NCBI GenBank assembly: GCA_934168365.1
Contig: CAKPNJ010000003.1
Coordinates: 31,055-95,054 of the forward strand
Source: an uncultured Clostridia bacterium
GTDB lineage: Bacteria > Bacillota > Clostridia > TANB77 > CAG-508
DNA length: 64,000 nt
Direction: 5' to 3'
In this document: one piece after another, positions 39,202-50,634 of the stretch
Layout of the letters: every line of letters starts with the position of its first letter
Numbering within the stretch: the first letter of the stretch is position 1
Position numbers and translations under genes: made by a program
The notes under the pieces: model-generated
The model's database searches: none
Seen by the model: only the letters and a program-made list of their open reading frames with translations
What the model was told of the DNA's origin: nothing

Positions 39202-40309
39202 TTACTTTTCCAAATTAAATTTTAAATAACTATCAATAAATCCATTTAAGTCTCCATCCATTACTGCTTGAACATTTCCAACCTCATAATTAGTTCTATG
39301 GTCTTTTACTAAAGTGTATGGGCAAAATACATAAGAACGAATTTGGCTTCCCCATGCAATATCCATTTGTATACCTTTTAATTCGTCAATTGTATCTTTT
39401 TGTTCCTTTTCTTTTAGATTTAATAATTTAGATTTTAGCATTTTCATTGCAGTATCTCTGTTTTGAAATTGTGAACGTTCAGTTTGACATGCTACAATAA
39501 TTCCTGTTGGAATATGTGTTAGTCTTACTGCAGATGATGTCTTATTTATATGTTGACCACCTGCACCAGACGCTCTATAAACATCCATTTTTATATCATC
39601 AGGGTTGATATCTAATTCAATATCATCTGTTATTTCTGGTAAAACCTCAACAGAAGCAAAAGATGTATGTCTTCTTCCTCCTGCATCAAATGGCGAAATT
39701 CTAACTAATCTATGAACTCCCATTTCGCCTTTTAAGTACCCATAGGCATAATCACCATTTACAGAAAATGTAACACTTTTCAGTCCTGCTTCATCACCTT
39801 CAATATAATCAAGTTCTTTTACTTCATAACCATTAGCATTTGCCCATCTTGTATACATTCTATATAGCATTTCAGCCCAGTCTTGAGCCTCTGTTCCTCC
39901 TGCACCTGGATGAATGGTTAGTATTGCATTATTGTTATCATACTTTCCAGATAATAAAGTAGTTATTTCCAATTTTTCTATGTTTTTTTCTAATGTATAT
40001 GTAGACTTCAATAACTCTTTAACTAATTCTTCATCTTCTTCAGCTTGTAGAAGCTCACTCATTTCAAGTAAATTATTAAGTTCATTATTTAATTTTTTAA
40101 AGCCTTCTACTTTTGATTTTAAGCTGTTAATTTGTTTTAAAACTTTTGAGCTATTATCTGTATCATTCCAAAAGTCGTTTTCAGTTGTTTTACTTTCTAA
40201 CTCTCTTAACTCTTTTTCTTTATTTTCTACATCAAAGTGAATCACCTATCTGTTCTAAACGTTTTTTTAATTCTTGTAATTTTTTAGAGTTTTCTTCTAA
40301 ATCTAACAT
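39202..40309 (-). CDS. prfB: Peptide chain release factor 2, containing the conserved +1 programmed ribosomal frameshift.
   Basis: Frame 0 runs from ATG ~40309 through 25 codons (MLDLEENSKKLQELKKRLEQIGDSL) to the shift site CTT TGA T at ~40237-40232, preceded by the internal Shine-Dalgarno-like AGGTGA. The +1 frame continues with DVENKEKELRE...GGQHINKTSSAVR. The ORF track shows only the downstream frame (39202..40245). Confidence 0.9.
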
Positions 40310-40324
40310 TTTCTCACATCCTTT

Positions 40325-41350
40325 TTAAAAATCAAAATCCAGCCAAATATATGCTGACATATCATAATTTAATACTTTATCTATAAGCTCTTTTGCTTCT
40401 TCTTCAAGCAATGTTATTCTTTTTTCATTAACTAAAGGGTTAATATATCTTCTTTTGGCTCCATGGTGAACAAAATATACATTTTCAGGTTGTTGATTTG
40501 ATATGTTAATCTTTGTAGCATTTTTCCAAATATCATATACTTTTGAGTATCTAGAGCTTTCAATAATTTTAATTACGTCACTTTCTTTTTTGCTATATAA
40601 GTCTTCTATTGTTATTAAATTTTCTTCATTTAGTTTTTTAATAATATCTGCTAAAAATTGCATTGAATATCTTCTTTTTTCCTCAAAATAAATTATAGAC
40701 AACTTAGACATCGTTCTAACAAATTCCATTGCAATGTCTAAAGTTTTAAATCCTAATTCTGGCACATTATTTTCATTTAACTGAATCATTATATCATTAT
40801 ATATTTCTTCAATTTTTTTCAAATTTAATTTATTATACAAAAATAGTGCATTTGATAAAGTGTATTCAAGTCTATCTGCTGAAAGCATTGGTGTATCATT
40901 GTCTGCTATTGGATATTTGCGGTAATCATTTACTTCTTCTAATTTAATATTATCTCTTTTCAATAAGCCCATTATTTCAGCGGAATTTGATATTATTTCT
41001 GTAGTTAAGTCTTCTGTTGACTCTTGAGTCATATAATCACCATTTAAAAAATCTATGCAATGTTTAAATACTGGTGTTGCAATATCATGAAAAAGTCCAG
41101 CTAAAGTTTGTTTTTTATCATGTGTAAAATGCCAAACTATTAAAGCTACACCAATCGAATGATCTAAACTTGAATAAAAATAACTACTTTCAAATAAATC
41201 ACTATAAATTGTTCCGCAAGTGACACTTATATAGTTTTGTTTAAATAAAGCTTCTGTATTTATATATTCCCATAGCCATTCTGGAAAATCTGGCTCTAAT
41301 ACTTTAAAATATTCTAAAGTTCTTTTATTTACTGTATCTAAATAGTTCAT
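40325..41350 (-). CDS. HD-domain phosphohydrolase-like protein.
   Basis: H...GVALIVWHF...GLFHDIATP HD motif. Confidence 0.5.
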   Translation of the reverse strand: MNYLDTVNKRTLEYFKVLEPDFPEWLWEYINTEALFKQNYISVTCGTIYSDLFESSYFYSSLDHSIGVALIVWHFTHDKKQTLAGLFHDIATPVFKHCIDFLNGDYMTQESTEDLTTEIISNSAEIMGLLKRDNIKLEEVNDYRKYPIADNDTPMLSADRLEYTLSNALFLYNKLNLKKIEEIYNDIMIQLNENNVPELGFKTLDIAMEFVRTMSKLSIIYFEEKRRYSMQFLADIIKKLNEENLITIEDLYSKKESDVIKIIESSRYSKVYDIWKNATKINISNQQPENVYFVHHGAKRRYINPLVNEKRITLLEEEAKELIDKVLNYDMSAYIWLDFDF

Positions 41351-41356
41351 AATTTA

Positions 41357-43558
41357 CTACTTCCTCCTTAATCTTAATGCATTTAATACTACTGTTAAGC
41401 TACTAATTGTCATACTAAATGCTGCTATCATTGGATTTAGTGTAATTCCTAATGGTTGTAAAATTCCTGCAGCAATTGGAATCATACATACATTGTAGAA
41501 AAAAGCCCAAAATAGATTTTGCTTTATATTTCTTACGGTTTTACTACTAATGTCTAATAAATCATTTATTCTCTCTAAGTTGTCATTCATAATAACTACT
41601 TGAGCCGAATCTCTTGCAATATCTGTACCACTTGATACAGAAACTCCAATATTAGCAGTTACTAAACTAACACTATCATTTATTCCATCTCCACACATCA
41701 TTACTAATCCTTTTTCCTTTAGTTTGTTTATAGTTTCTGCCTTTTCTTTTGGAGTAACATTTGCAACAACATTTGTTATTCCTATTTGATTAGCAATTAC
41801 GTTTGCTGTTTTTTCATTGTCACCTGTTAGCATTACAACATCAATGTTTTTGCTCTTTAGTTCTGTTATTACTTGTGGAACATTTTCTTTTATAACATCA
41901 CTTACACCTAGCAAGGCTACTAACTTTTTATTTAGGCTTACAAATAAAATACTATTTCCGTCACTTATTAGTTTTTGCTCATCTTCGCTATTTGTTAGTT
42001 CAACATTATTTTCTAACATTAGTTTTTTATTGCCAATTAAATAATGCTTTTCATCAGATGTTTTTCCCTCTATTCCAAATCCAGGAATAGCCTTAAAATC
42101 TTTTACATCTATTAAACTAATATTATCTTCTTGTGCTTTATTTACAATTGCTCTTGCTATTGGATGTTCTGATTTATTTTCTAGACTTGCTATGTCTTTT
42201 AATAATTCTTTTTCATCTTTATTACTATAGTTATACATCCTAGAAACTGTTAATGTTCCTTTTGTTAATGTTCCTGTTTTATCAAAGCAAATAGTCTTTA
42301 CTTTATGTGCATTTTCTAATGTCTCACTTGATTTTACTAATATTCCTTTTCTACTTGCATTTCCAGATGCAATAACAATTGCAAGTGGAGTTGCTAAGCC
42401 AAGGCTACAAGGGCATGCCACAACTAATATGCTTACAAATATATTTATTGCAACAGAAAAATCTTTAGAAATTATTAACCATATACCAAATATAATTATA
42501 GCAATTACTAAAACAGTTGGTACAAAATATCCACTTATTTTATCTGCTATTTTAGCTATTGGAGCTTTTGTACTTGTTGCTTGAGCTACTAGTTTTACTA
42601 TTTCTGACACAGTTGATTCTTTTCCTATTTTATCTGCTCTATATTGAATTGTTCCTTCATAATTTATACTTCCTGCAATTACTTTAGAGCCTACTTCTCT
42701 TTTTACAGGTACACTCTCCCCTGTTATAAATGATTCGTTTATATGTGTAGTTCCTTGAACAACCTCTCCATCAACTGCTATTTTTTCACCTGGTTTGCAA
42801 ATAACAATATCACCTTTTTTAATTTCATCTAATGTAACTTTTACCTCTTGTCCATCTTTCAAAATCGTTGCATTATTAGGAGTTATTGTCATAAGCTGTT
42901 TTAGCGCCTCTTTGGTTTTATCTTTATTTTTGTTTTCGATATATCTGCCTATTTCAATAAAAAATATAACAATTGCAGCTGATTCATAATATAAATTTTC
43001 TACATACTGAGTATTTCCTTTTAATATTTGAACTGTGCCGTATATGCTATATATGAAACTTGCCAATACTCCAATCATTACTAAGGTATCCATATTAGGT
43101 GTTTTGTGTATTAAATTTTTATATCCATTTTTCAAAATATCTTTTCCTAAAGTTATAACAACTACAGTTAATATTAATAACGTAATTGCATAATTTACAG
43201 GATGATGCATCATATTCAAAAATGGAATAGATGGTAACCCTACCATGTGCGCCATTGATATATATAATATAACTAATGATATTATTGTTATTGCAATTAG
43301 TTTATATTTCTCAGTACCTTTTTTCTTACTCTCTTTTTCAAATGTATCAATTCCTAAACTTGTAAACCCTGCTTTTTCTATAAATTTTTCAACTTGCTCT
43401 AGTGTTAGTTTTTGCTCATCATATTCAATATTTGCATTATTCATAACTAAATTTACATTTGCTTGTTTTATTCCATCTTGTTTGTTTAAATACTTTTCTA
43501 AACCTGATGAACATGCACTACAAGTCATTCCATCTATTTTTAATAATACTTTTTTCAT
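41357..43558 (-). CDS. copA: Copper-translocating P1B-type ATPase.
   Basis: N-terminal HMA domain GMTCSACSS, CPC motif (ACPCSLG), DKTGTLT, GDGINDS. Confidence 0.9.
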   Translation of the reverse strand: MKKVLLKIDGMTCSACSSGLEKYLNKQDGIKQANVNLVMNNANIEYDEQKLTLEQVEKFIEKAGFTSLGIDTFEKESKKKGTEKYKLIAITIISLVILYISMAHMVGLPSIPFLNMMHHPVNYAITLLILTVVVITLGKDILKNGYKNLIHKTPNMDTLVMIGVLASFIYSIYGTVQILKGNTQYVENLYYESAAIVIFFIEIGRYIENKNKDKTKEALKQLMTITPNNATILKDGQEVKVTLDEIKKGDIVICKPGEKIAVDGEVVQGTTHINESFITGESVPVKREVGSKVIAGSINYEGTIQYRADKIGKESTVSEIVKLVAQATSTKAPIAKIADKISGYFVPTVLVIAIIIFGIWLIISKDFSVAINIFVSILVVACPCSLGLATPLAIVIASGNASRKGILVKSSETLENAHKVKTICFDKTGTLTKGTLTVSRMYNYSNKDEKELLKDIASLENKSEHPIARAIVNKAQEDNISLIDVKDFKAIPGFGIEGKTSDEKHYLIGNKKLMLENNVELTNSEDEQKLISDGNSILFVSLNKKLVALLGVSDVIKENVPQVITELKSKNIDVVMLTGDNEKTANVIANQIGITNVVANVTPKEKAETINKLKEKGLVMMCGDGINDSVSLVTANIGVSVSSGTDIARDSAQVVIMNDNLERINDLLDISSKTVRNIKQNLFWAFFYNVCMIPIAAGILQPLGITLNPMIAAFSMTISSLTVVLNALRLRRK

Positions 43559-43561
43559 GTA

Positions 43562-43768
43562 TTATTCTCCTTTAAAACCTGCATCTTCTATTTCTTGAAG
43601 AATTGTATTTAATTCTACCTCTTCATCATTATATTTTATATCAGCTGATTTTTCTTCTAAGCTTACTTTAGCACTTTCTACTCCATCTACATTATTTAAT
43701 ATTTTTTCTAATCTATTAGAACATCCTGCACAATGCATTCCTTCTATTTTTAATTTAATTTCTTTCAT
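43562..43768 (-). CDS. copZ: Copper chaperone CopZ.
   Basis: GMHCAGCSNRLEK HMA motif. 68 aa. Directly upstream of copA. Confidence 0.9.
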   Translation of the reverse strand: MKEIKLKIEGMHCAGCSNRLEKILNNVDGVESAKVSLEEKSADIKYNDEEVELNTILQEIEDAGFKGE

Positions 43769-43810
43769 TTTATATTCCTCCTAAATTTATTATGCTTTAT
43801 TTAATAAAGA

Positions 43811-44494
43811 TTATACTTTTAAAGATTTAGCAAAATTATATATATACACTGTAATTACGATTACAAGTAAACCAATACTTACAATTTGATTTGGTGTAAT
43901 TAAAATTCTAAGATGATCATACCTTAACATGTCCAAGAATAACTTAGTTAATATAGTTACTATTAGAGTTATATATGTAATTCCTTTGATTTTTTTCAAA
44001 CTACTGCATATAATAAATATAACTAAAAATGATATTGTTTCAACAATTTGAATTGGAAATAGTGAAATATTTAATCCATCCACATAAGTTACTGAAAAAA
44101 TTCCGTTATATGGAATTCCATAACAACATCCTGCTAGAAAACAAGCAACTTTTGTACCACTATATACTAACGGTAATGATAAAGCTGTGTATTTAATAAT
44201 TTTATTGTCTGTTGAATGAATTTTTTCAAAAACAATTGATGCAATAAGAACTCCAATTAGTCCACCGTAAGATGATAATCCTGATTTTAAAAAGCTATTG
44301 TTTCCTGATATAATAAAAGTATATAGCTTTCCAAAAATAAATGCAAAAATAACATACATAATAAAGAAAAGATATATTTTTTTATATTCGTATTTATCTT
44401 TTTTTAATGACAAATATATATATACCATTCCAATAATTACTGAAGTCACTATAATTAAATTATATACCCAAATCGGTGATTTATGTAATATCAT
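43811..44494 (-). CDS. Prolipoprotein diacylglyceryl transferase (Lgt)-like membrane protein, shorter than canonical Lgt.
   Basis: YGGLIGVLIA and ACFLAGCCYGIPY resemble the Lgt GGLIG and GCCYG signatures. Confidence 0.45.
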   Translation of the reverse strand: MILHKSPIWVYNLIIVTSVIIGMVYIYLSLKKDKYEYKKIYLFFIMYVIFAFIFGKLYTFIISGNNSFLKSGLSSYGGLIGVLIASIVFEKIHSTDNKIIKYTALSLPLVYSGTKVACFLAGCCYGIPYNGIFSVTYVDGLNISLFPIQIVETISFLVIFIICSSLKKIKGITYITLIVTILTKLFLDMLRYDHLRILITPNQIVSIGLLVIVITVYIYNFAKSLKV

Positions 44495-44504
44495 AATTTA
44501 TACC

Positions 44505-45170
44505 TCATTTTTTTAATTTGTCCTTAGCAATTTCTCCTAAATTATGAGTTTTTGAGTCTTTCTTTCTAATAAATAATTTTTCTGCCTTCATTACATCTAT
44601 TGGCTTTATAGTATCTTTTGGATCATCTCTCATTATTTTCACAAAATTTTCAGTAGCCTTTAACAAACGTTTTGAAGTATCAAATTGTTTTGTTGTTCTA
44701 AGTACATCAACCATTTGTAGAATTTCTTTGCAATATCTAGGTAAAGTATAATTTAAAAATAGGTAATTAGCATTTGACTTAAACAAATTTATTTCTTCCT
44801 CTTTATCTGTTAGCCAAGATGCTGTAATATACAGATTGTATGCTTTAGCATACTGTCCATTATTGCAATATTGAGTTGCAACAAGCAAAACTTTTCTTAG
44901 TTCATCACTATAATTGTTAATTATTGCTTGTATTTCGTTATCTTTATTCCAAAGTTCAACATTGTTTGCATATCTCATTTCAATTGAATTTTCTATATCA
45001 TAATTAGCGTAATGGCAAGAAGGGCATTCCAAAATACCACTATTTATTCCAGAGATACTACCAACTGGTTTTAAATCAAAGTCCGAATACCCCATACTGA
45101 AATTAGATAACCCGTACTCTATATGTATTTTCTTGTCCACATACAGCACATTTATATGTTTTTTCCACAA
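44505..45170 (-). CDS. Hypothetical protein with an N-terminal CPSC zinc-ribbon-like motif.
   Basis: ORF only. Confidence 0.4.
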   Translation of the reverse strand: MWKKHINVLYVDKKIHIEYGLSNFSMGYSDFDLKPVGSISGINSGILECPSCHYANYDIENSIEMRYANNVELWNKDNEIQAIINNYSDELRKVLLVATQYCNNGQYAKAYNLYITASWLTDKEEEINLFKSNANYLFLNYTLPRYCKEILQMVDVLRTTKQFDTSKRLLKATENFVKIMRDDPKDTIKPIDVMKAEKLFIRKKDSKTHNLGEIAKDKLKK

Positions 45171-45264
45171 TTTTCATTCAAATATCCCCCTTATAATATT
45201 TTTTATTTATAAAACAAAATAGGAACCTCACATAATTTTATTAGCGAAGGCTCCTTAGTTTTTC

Positions 45265-47997
45265 TTATTTTCCACAACAGTTTTTATACTTCTTACCACT
45301 TCCACATGAACAAGGGTCATTTCTGCCAACTTTTGGTTCGTTATTTACAACTGGAGTGTTTGATGCTGATGTTCTTGGTGTATTATTATCTGGTTGGTTT
45401 GCCAAGCCTTCACCTGTAATTTTTACTGAAGATGTTCTTTGAACATTACCTTCTCTTTTTCTTGCATTCATCAAGAATTTTACAACATCAGTTTGAATAT
45501 CTAGGTTCATTTGTTCAAACATATCAAATCCTTCAATTCTGTATTGAACAACTGGGTCTTTTTGACCATAAGCTTGAAGACCAATTCCATCTTTTAGTTC
45601 ATCCATTGCATCTATGTGATCCATCCATCTGTCATCAACTATTTTAAGCATAACAACTCTTTCAAGTTCTCTCATCTCTGGTTCGCCAATTTCTTTTTCT
45701 TTTTCATTATACAAGCTATGAATTTTATCTTTTAGTTCTTCTGCTACATCATGTGCTTTAATTCTATCTTTATGAAGCGCATTTAAGTCATCCACTCCAT
45801 ATATTTCTTTAATCTCTTGTTCAAATCCTTCGATATTTAAATTGTCTGTATCTGCTAAATACTCGTTAGATGTAGCGTCTGCCAAAGAATCCATCATTTT
45901 TGTAATATGTTCTTTTAAGTTCTCTCCATCAAGTACTTTTCTTCTTTCATCATATATAATAGTTCTTTGTACATTCATAACATCATCATAAGAAAGTACA
46001 TTTTTACGAATACTAAAGTTTTTGCCTTCTACTTTCTTTTGAGCATTTTCTACTGCATTAGAAATGATTTTTGACTCAATTGGCATATCTTCGTCAGCTC
46101 CTAAAGTATCATAAACTCTAGTAATCATATCTCCACCAAATATTTTCATTAGGTCATCATCCAAGCTGATATAAAATCTTGATTCTCCTGGATCACCTTG
46201 ACGTCCACTACGTCCACGAAGCTGATTATCAATTCTTCTTGATTCATGGCGTTCTGTACCTATTATTTTTAATCCACCTGCTGATATTACTTTTTCTTTT
46301 TCGTCTTTAATTTCATTATCATATTTAGCTTTAAGTTCTTTAAATTTATTTCTAGAAGCTAAGACTTCTTGATCATCAGTCTCGTTAAATGCTGTTGCTT
46401 GTTCAATTTGATCTTCTGAATATCCAAATTTTCTCATTTCCTGTTTTGCTAAATATTCACTATTACCTCCAAGCATAATATCAGTACCACGACCAGCCAT
46501 GTTTGTAGCAATTGTAACTGTTCCAAACTTACCAGCTTGTGCAATAATTTCAGCTTCTTTTTCATGGAATTTAGCATTTAATACTTGATGTTTGATTCCT
46601 TCTTTTTTTAGCATACTGCTTAATTTTTCAGATTTTTCAATAGAAACTGTACCAACTAGCACTGGTTGACCTTTTGCAAAGCTTTCTTTAATATCAGAAA
46701 TAACTGCTCTGTATTTTGCATTTTCATTTTTGTAGATAATGTCATGATGGTCATCACGTACCATTGGTTTATTTGTAGGTATTTCAATAACATCTAATTT
46801 GTATATCTCTTGGAATTCTGCTTCTTCTGTCATTGCTGTACCAGTCATACCTGAAAGTTTATCATACATTCTAAAATAGTTTTGGAATGTAATTGTTGCT
46901 AAAGTTTTTGATTCGTCAGCTATTTTAACATGCTCTTTTGCTTCAATAGCTTGGTGAAGACCATTATTGTATCTTCTTCCATACATAATTCTTCCTGTAA
47001 ATTCATCTACAATAAGAACTTCGCCGTCTTTTACAATGTAGTCAATATCTTTTTTCATAATTCCATGTGCACGAAGTGCTTGGTTAATATTATGCACTAA
47101 TTCTGAGTTTTCAATATCATTAAAATTCTCTAAATTAAATTCTCTTTCAGCTTTTTGAATACCTTTTTGTGTTAATGAAGCTGATTTTGCTTTTAAGTCA
47201 ACTATGTAATCATAGTTTTCATTATCTTCAGCTTGTTCTTCATCTTTTATGTCTTCTTCAACTATAACTTTTGGAGTTAATCTAGCTACAAAGCTATCAG
47301 CCTTTTTATATAAATCTGAAGACTGTGCTCCACGTCCTGATATAATTAAAGGTGTACGAGCTTCATCAATTAAAATACTATCAATCTCGTCGACAATTGC
47401 ATAGTTTAATTCTCTTTGTACTAATTGGTCTTTGTATATAACCATGTTGTCTCTTAAGTAATCAAATCCAAATTCATTATTAGTTCCATATGTTACGTCA
47501 GCAGCATATGCAGCCTTCTTAGCACTTGGATCCATTCCACTAATAACTAATCCAACTGTTAATCCTAAAAATTTATATACTTTGCCCATCCATTCACTAT
47601 CTCTTTTGGCTAAGTAATCGTTAACAGTAACAACATGAACTCCTTTTCCAGTTAAAGCATTTAAATATACTGGTAGTGTTGCAACAAGTGTCTTTCCTTC
47701 ACCAGTCTTCATCTCTGCAATTCTTCCTTGGTGTAATATAATACCACCAATAAGTTGCACATCAAAATGGCGCATTCCTAAAACTCTTTTTGAAGCTTCT
47801 CTTACAACTGCAAATGCTTCTGGAAGAATATCGTCAAGTGTTTCTCCTTGTGTTAGTCTATCTTTAAATTCTGCTGTTTTATTTCTTAGTTCTTCATCTG
47901 ATAATTTTTGAATTTCAGACTCTAAACTATTTATTTTCTCTACTATTGGTCTTACTCTTTTTACTTCCTTCTCACTGTATGTTTTAAATAATCCCAT
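45265..47997 (-). CDS. secA: Preprotein translocase ATPase SecA.
   Basis: DEAD-like motor motifs and the C-terminal zinc-binding tail [14 protein letters not shown]. Confidence 0.97.
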   Translation of the reverse strand: MGLFKTYSEKEVKRVRPIVEKINSLESEIQKLSDEELRNKTAEFKDRLTQGETLDDILPEAFAVVREASKRVLGMRHFDVQLIGGIILHQGRIAEMKTGEGKTLVATLPVYLNALTGKGVHVVTVNDYLAKRDSEWMGKVYKFLGLTVGLVISGMDPSAKKAAYAADVTYGTNNEFGFDYLRDNMVIYKDQLVQRELNYAIVDEIDSILIDEARTPLIISGRGAQSSDLYKKADSFVARLTPKVIVEEDIKDEEQAEDNENYDYIVDLKAKSASLTQKGIQKAEREFNLENFNDIENSELVHNINQALRAHGIMKKDIDYIVKDGEVLIVDEFTGRIMYGRRYNNGLHQAIEAKEHVKIADESKTLATITFQNYFRMYDKLSGMTGTAMTEEAEFQEIYKLDVIEIPTNKPMVRDDHHDIIYKNENAKYRAVISDIKESFAKGQPVLVGTVSIEKSEKLSSMLKKEGIKHQVLNAKFHEKEAEIIAQAGKFGTVTIATNMAGRGTDIMLGGNSEYLAKQEMRKFGYSEDQIEQATAFNETDDQEVLASRNKFKELKAKYDNEIKDEKEKVISAGGLKIIGTERHESRRIDNQLRGRSGRQGDPGESRFYISLDDDLMKIFGGDMITRVYDTLGADEDMPIESKIISNAVENAQKKVEGKNFSIRKNVLSYDDVMNVQRTIIYDERRKVLDGENLKEHITKMMDSLADATSNEYLADTDNLNIEGFEQEIKEIYGVDDLNALHKDRIKAHDVAEELKDKIHSLYNEKEKEIGEPEMRELERVVMLKIVDDRWMDHIDAMDELKDGIGLQAYGQKDPVVQYRIEGFDMFEQMNLDIQTDVVKFLMNARKREGNVQRTSSVKITGEGLANQPDNNTPRTSASNTPVVNNEPKVGRNDPCSCGSGKKYKNCCGK

Positions 47998-48252
47998 TGT
48001 CTTTCTTCCTTTCTTTTTTGTAAAATCTTACATCTATGATATAATATCACTTTTATAGAAAAATCGCAAGAAAAAAAGGAAAAGTTATTAATTCTATTAG
48101 AACTAACAACTTTCCTTTTAAGAGAATGCTTTTTTACAAAAGATTTTTTAATAATCTAATCAGCATTAACGTCAGCAATATGCTATTTCAAAGGCTACTA
48201 AGAGATAATATTACCGCCATAAAAAAGTAGAAATCTATTTCAACTTGATTTT

Positions 48253-48696
48253 TCAATATTTTTTAAAAGTCTGTTTAAACCATTTTTTGATTTTTGAAAA
48301 AATTGACTCTTTGTATTCTATCATAGAAACAGAATTTTCTACTGTTTCTACTTTTCTCTCTTTATTTTTAAATATATTGTCTACGTTATATTGTTTTTGC
48401 TTATTCTTTTCAATCTGTATTCTATCATAGTTTTGTTTTGCTAGTATTTTTTCTCTTTGTTCAGGTGTAGCCCAATAGTCTCTAAACAAAATAGCAATAA
48501 TAGCTTTAGCTCTTTTAGAAACATTTTGCTCATCTAACGTGAGATTGGTATCATACTGAAAGTTATAATTTTTATTAGCATTTTTTTCAAATAAATCAAT
48601 TTTTTCACTTGGTACTTTTTCATAATCTTCTTTCGAAATATTCTTCAATATTTCAAGAACTTCACTATATGCATTTGCATATTCTATATTTTCCAT
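48253..48696 (-). CDS. Hypothetical cytoplasmic protein, 147 aa. Second gene of a two-gene operon.
   Basis: ORF. Start is 13 nt after the upstream gene's stop. Confidence 0.45.
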   Translation of the reverse strand: MENIEYANAYSEVLEILKNISKEDYEKVPSEKIDLFEKNANKNYNFQYDTNLTLDEQNVSKRAKAIIAILFRDYWATPEQREKILAKQNYDRIQIEKNKQKQYNVDNIFKNKERKVETVENSVSMIEYKESIFSKIKKWFKQTFKKY

Positions 48697-48708
48697 TTTT
48701 CTCCTTTG

Positions 48709-49662
48709 TTACAATTCTTGTGTATTTTTATCCTTATCTTCAATTGTTTTTTGCTCTCTTTCAAGGTCTTCCTGTGTTTTATCTATATAAGATGTTTCTT
48801 CCTGAATATCTATAGTCTCTCTTCCTAAATCTTGTACACTTTTTCCATTGTTGGCTTTTTCACTAAACAATTGCTGTGCAAATTGTTCATTTGTTCCAAT
48901 TCCTTTATCTTTAATTCCACTAACTACTTGTTGTTTCACAAACTCGGTATCTTGTAATGCTTGTGTAATATCGTCTTGTCCTTCTAAAGCAGGATAAAAC
49001 TCTGCTCCTCTTGAAATCTGCTCACTTAGTTTATCAATGTCTGTAATACCCTTCTCCTCTAAAAAAGCTTGAACCCTTTGATTATATGCTTTTTCTAAGT
49101 CTTCTTCTGAAATATAAGCTGACAAATCCATTGCTTCTAAAATAGGTTTTAAAAATAGCAAGTCGCTTTTTGCTTCTTTCCAACCAATTAACTCTATTGG
49201 CATATGTTGATATTTTTTATCTCTTGCAAAGAACTTTTTTTGATTGTCATGAACCCATCCATCATGTATAGTAGATAGTACTGATATTACCATGTCTCTT
49301 GTGTCTTCTGCAATCTGTTTTTCATCAGTATTTTCTCTTCCTAACCCCATTTGTTTTTTTACTGTTTCAAAGAAATCATTAGTAGACCCATTTCTGTAAT
49401 CGCCTGTCATGATTATTTCTTTAAATGTTTCCATATCTTGTTCACTTATTGGTTGCTCATAACCATTTTTGTTTTTTAGATATTCTTGAGAATATTTTTG
49501 AAACCCTTTTATTGCAGCATCTATTGAGCCCTGTGCATATACTTGTGATTCTAGTTCTTCATTTGAACTTTCTTGAACTACTTTTGTTGCTTCTTCTTCT
49601 GATAAACCATTCCAACTCATTAACGCATCTTTTGCTATTTGTTTATATACAGTTAAAGCCAT
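48709..49662 (-). CDS. Hypothetical acidic cytoplasmic protein, about 317 aa. First gene of a two-gene operon.
   Basis: The ATG at 49662 (MALTVYKQ) has a GGAGG RBS. The ORF track's longer start (49734) has none. Confidence 0.45.
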   Translation of the reverse strand: MALTVYKQIAKDALMSWNGLSEEEATKVVQESSNEELESQVYAQGSIDAAIKGFQKYSQEYLKNKNGYEQPISEQDMETFKEIIMTGDYRNGSTNDFFETVKKQMGLGRENTDEKQIAEDTRDMVISVLSTIHDGWVHDNQKKFFARDKKYQHMPIELIGWKEAKSDLLFLKPILEAMDLSAYISEEDLEKAYNQRVQAFLEEKGITDIDKLSEQISRGAEFYPALEGQDDITQALQDTEFVKQQVVSGIKDKGIGTNEQFAQQLFSEKANNGKSVQDLGRETIDIQEETSYIDKTQEDLEREQKTIEDKDKNTQEL

Positions 49663-50002
49663 ATTACAACCTCCAAAAAATATATTTATAGGAATTATTT
49701 CATAAAATCTATCTTTTTTCAATAAATATATCAAATGTTACAAAAACGTAATATAAACTTAATATTTCTGTAATATTTTTAATTTATTATAATATTTTCT
49801 TCAAATAATTAACATTGATTTTTAAGTGTTAAATTAAAATAATAATATAGTTATAGACATAATAAACATCGGCGTGTTCATATATCACAGAAAAGAGATA
49901 GTAATCCCATCTTACTATCTCTTTTATTTTCCATATAAATCGCAATATTTCTAACATAATTTTCCAATGAATTTAATATATTGTATCAAAGGTGTGATGT
50001 GT

Positions 50003-50545
50003 ATGTTTATTTATAACTTAAAAATTGACGGAAATAAATTAGGTAAAATATTTTTAGGAATTCTACTAGGAATTATTATTATAATAACTGCTATTGTTGT
50101 TTACCGTATTTTAGGAAATAATTTTTTCAAAACGAATGATGATACAAATTCTGTGAAAGTTCAAGAACTCACAGTTAGCAATTATACCAATGTACTAAAA
50201 ACTGTGCATGATAATATAGACGATTATGTTGGTATGAGAGTAAGCTTTTCCGGATACATACATAGAATGGTAGATTTTAAAGAAAATCAATTTGTTTTGG
50301 CTAGAGATATGGTTATATCTTCTGATTTACAAACAGTTATTGTAGGTTTTTTATGTGAATGTGACGATATAAAGCAATATGCTGATAAAACTTGGATTCA
50401 AATTGAAGGAGAAATTATAAAAGGCGATTATCACGGATATATGCCAATATTAAAAATTACAAAGATACAAAAAATTGACAAACCTTCTGACGAATACGTT
50501 TATCCACCTGATGCTGCATTTATTCCAACATCTGCAATATTTTAA
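50003..50545 (+). CDS. Hypothetical membrane-anchored protein: one N-terminal transmembrane helix and a ~140-aa extracytoplasmic domain.
   Basis: ORF. An AAAGGTG RBS favours Met13 (50003) over the track's start at 49967. Confidence 0.45.
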   Translation: MFIYNLKIDGNKLGKIFLGILLGIIIIITAIVVYRILGNNFFKTNDDTNSVKVQELTVSNYTNVLKTVHDNIDDYVGMRVSFSGYIHRMVDFKENQFVLARDMVISSDLQTVIVGFLCECDDIKQYADKTWIQIEGEIIKGDYHGYMPILKITKIQKIDKPSDEYVYPPDAAFIPTSAIF

Positions 50546-50634
50546 GGTGACTTTTGGGACGGGGTCAAAAGTCACCTTTTCTCTTTTTCAAATTGGGACA
50601 AGGTGCTTTTTGACCCCGTCCCAAAAATCATCTT
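50546..50634. repeat. ~90-bp palindromic intergenic repeat (copy 2), homologous to 2011-2102. Bidirectional terminator between convergent genes.
   Basis: ggtgacttttgggacggggtcaaaagtcacc ... tgctttttgaccccgtcccaaaaatca. Confidence 0.7.
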
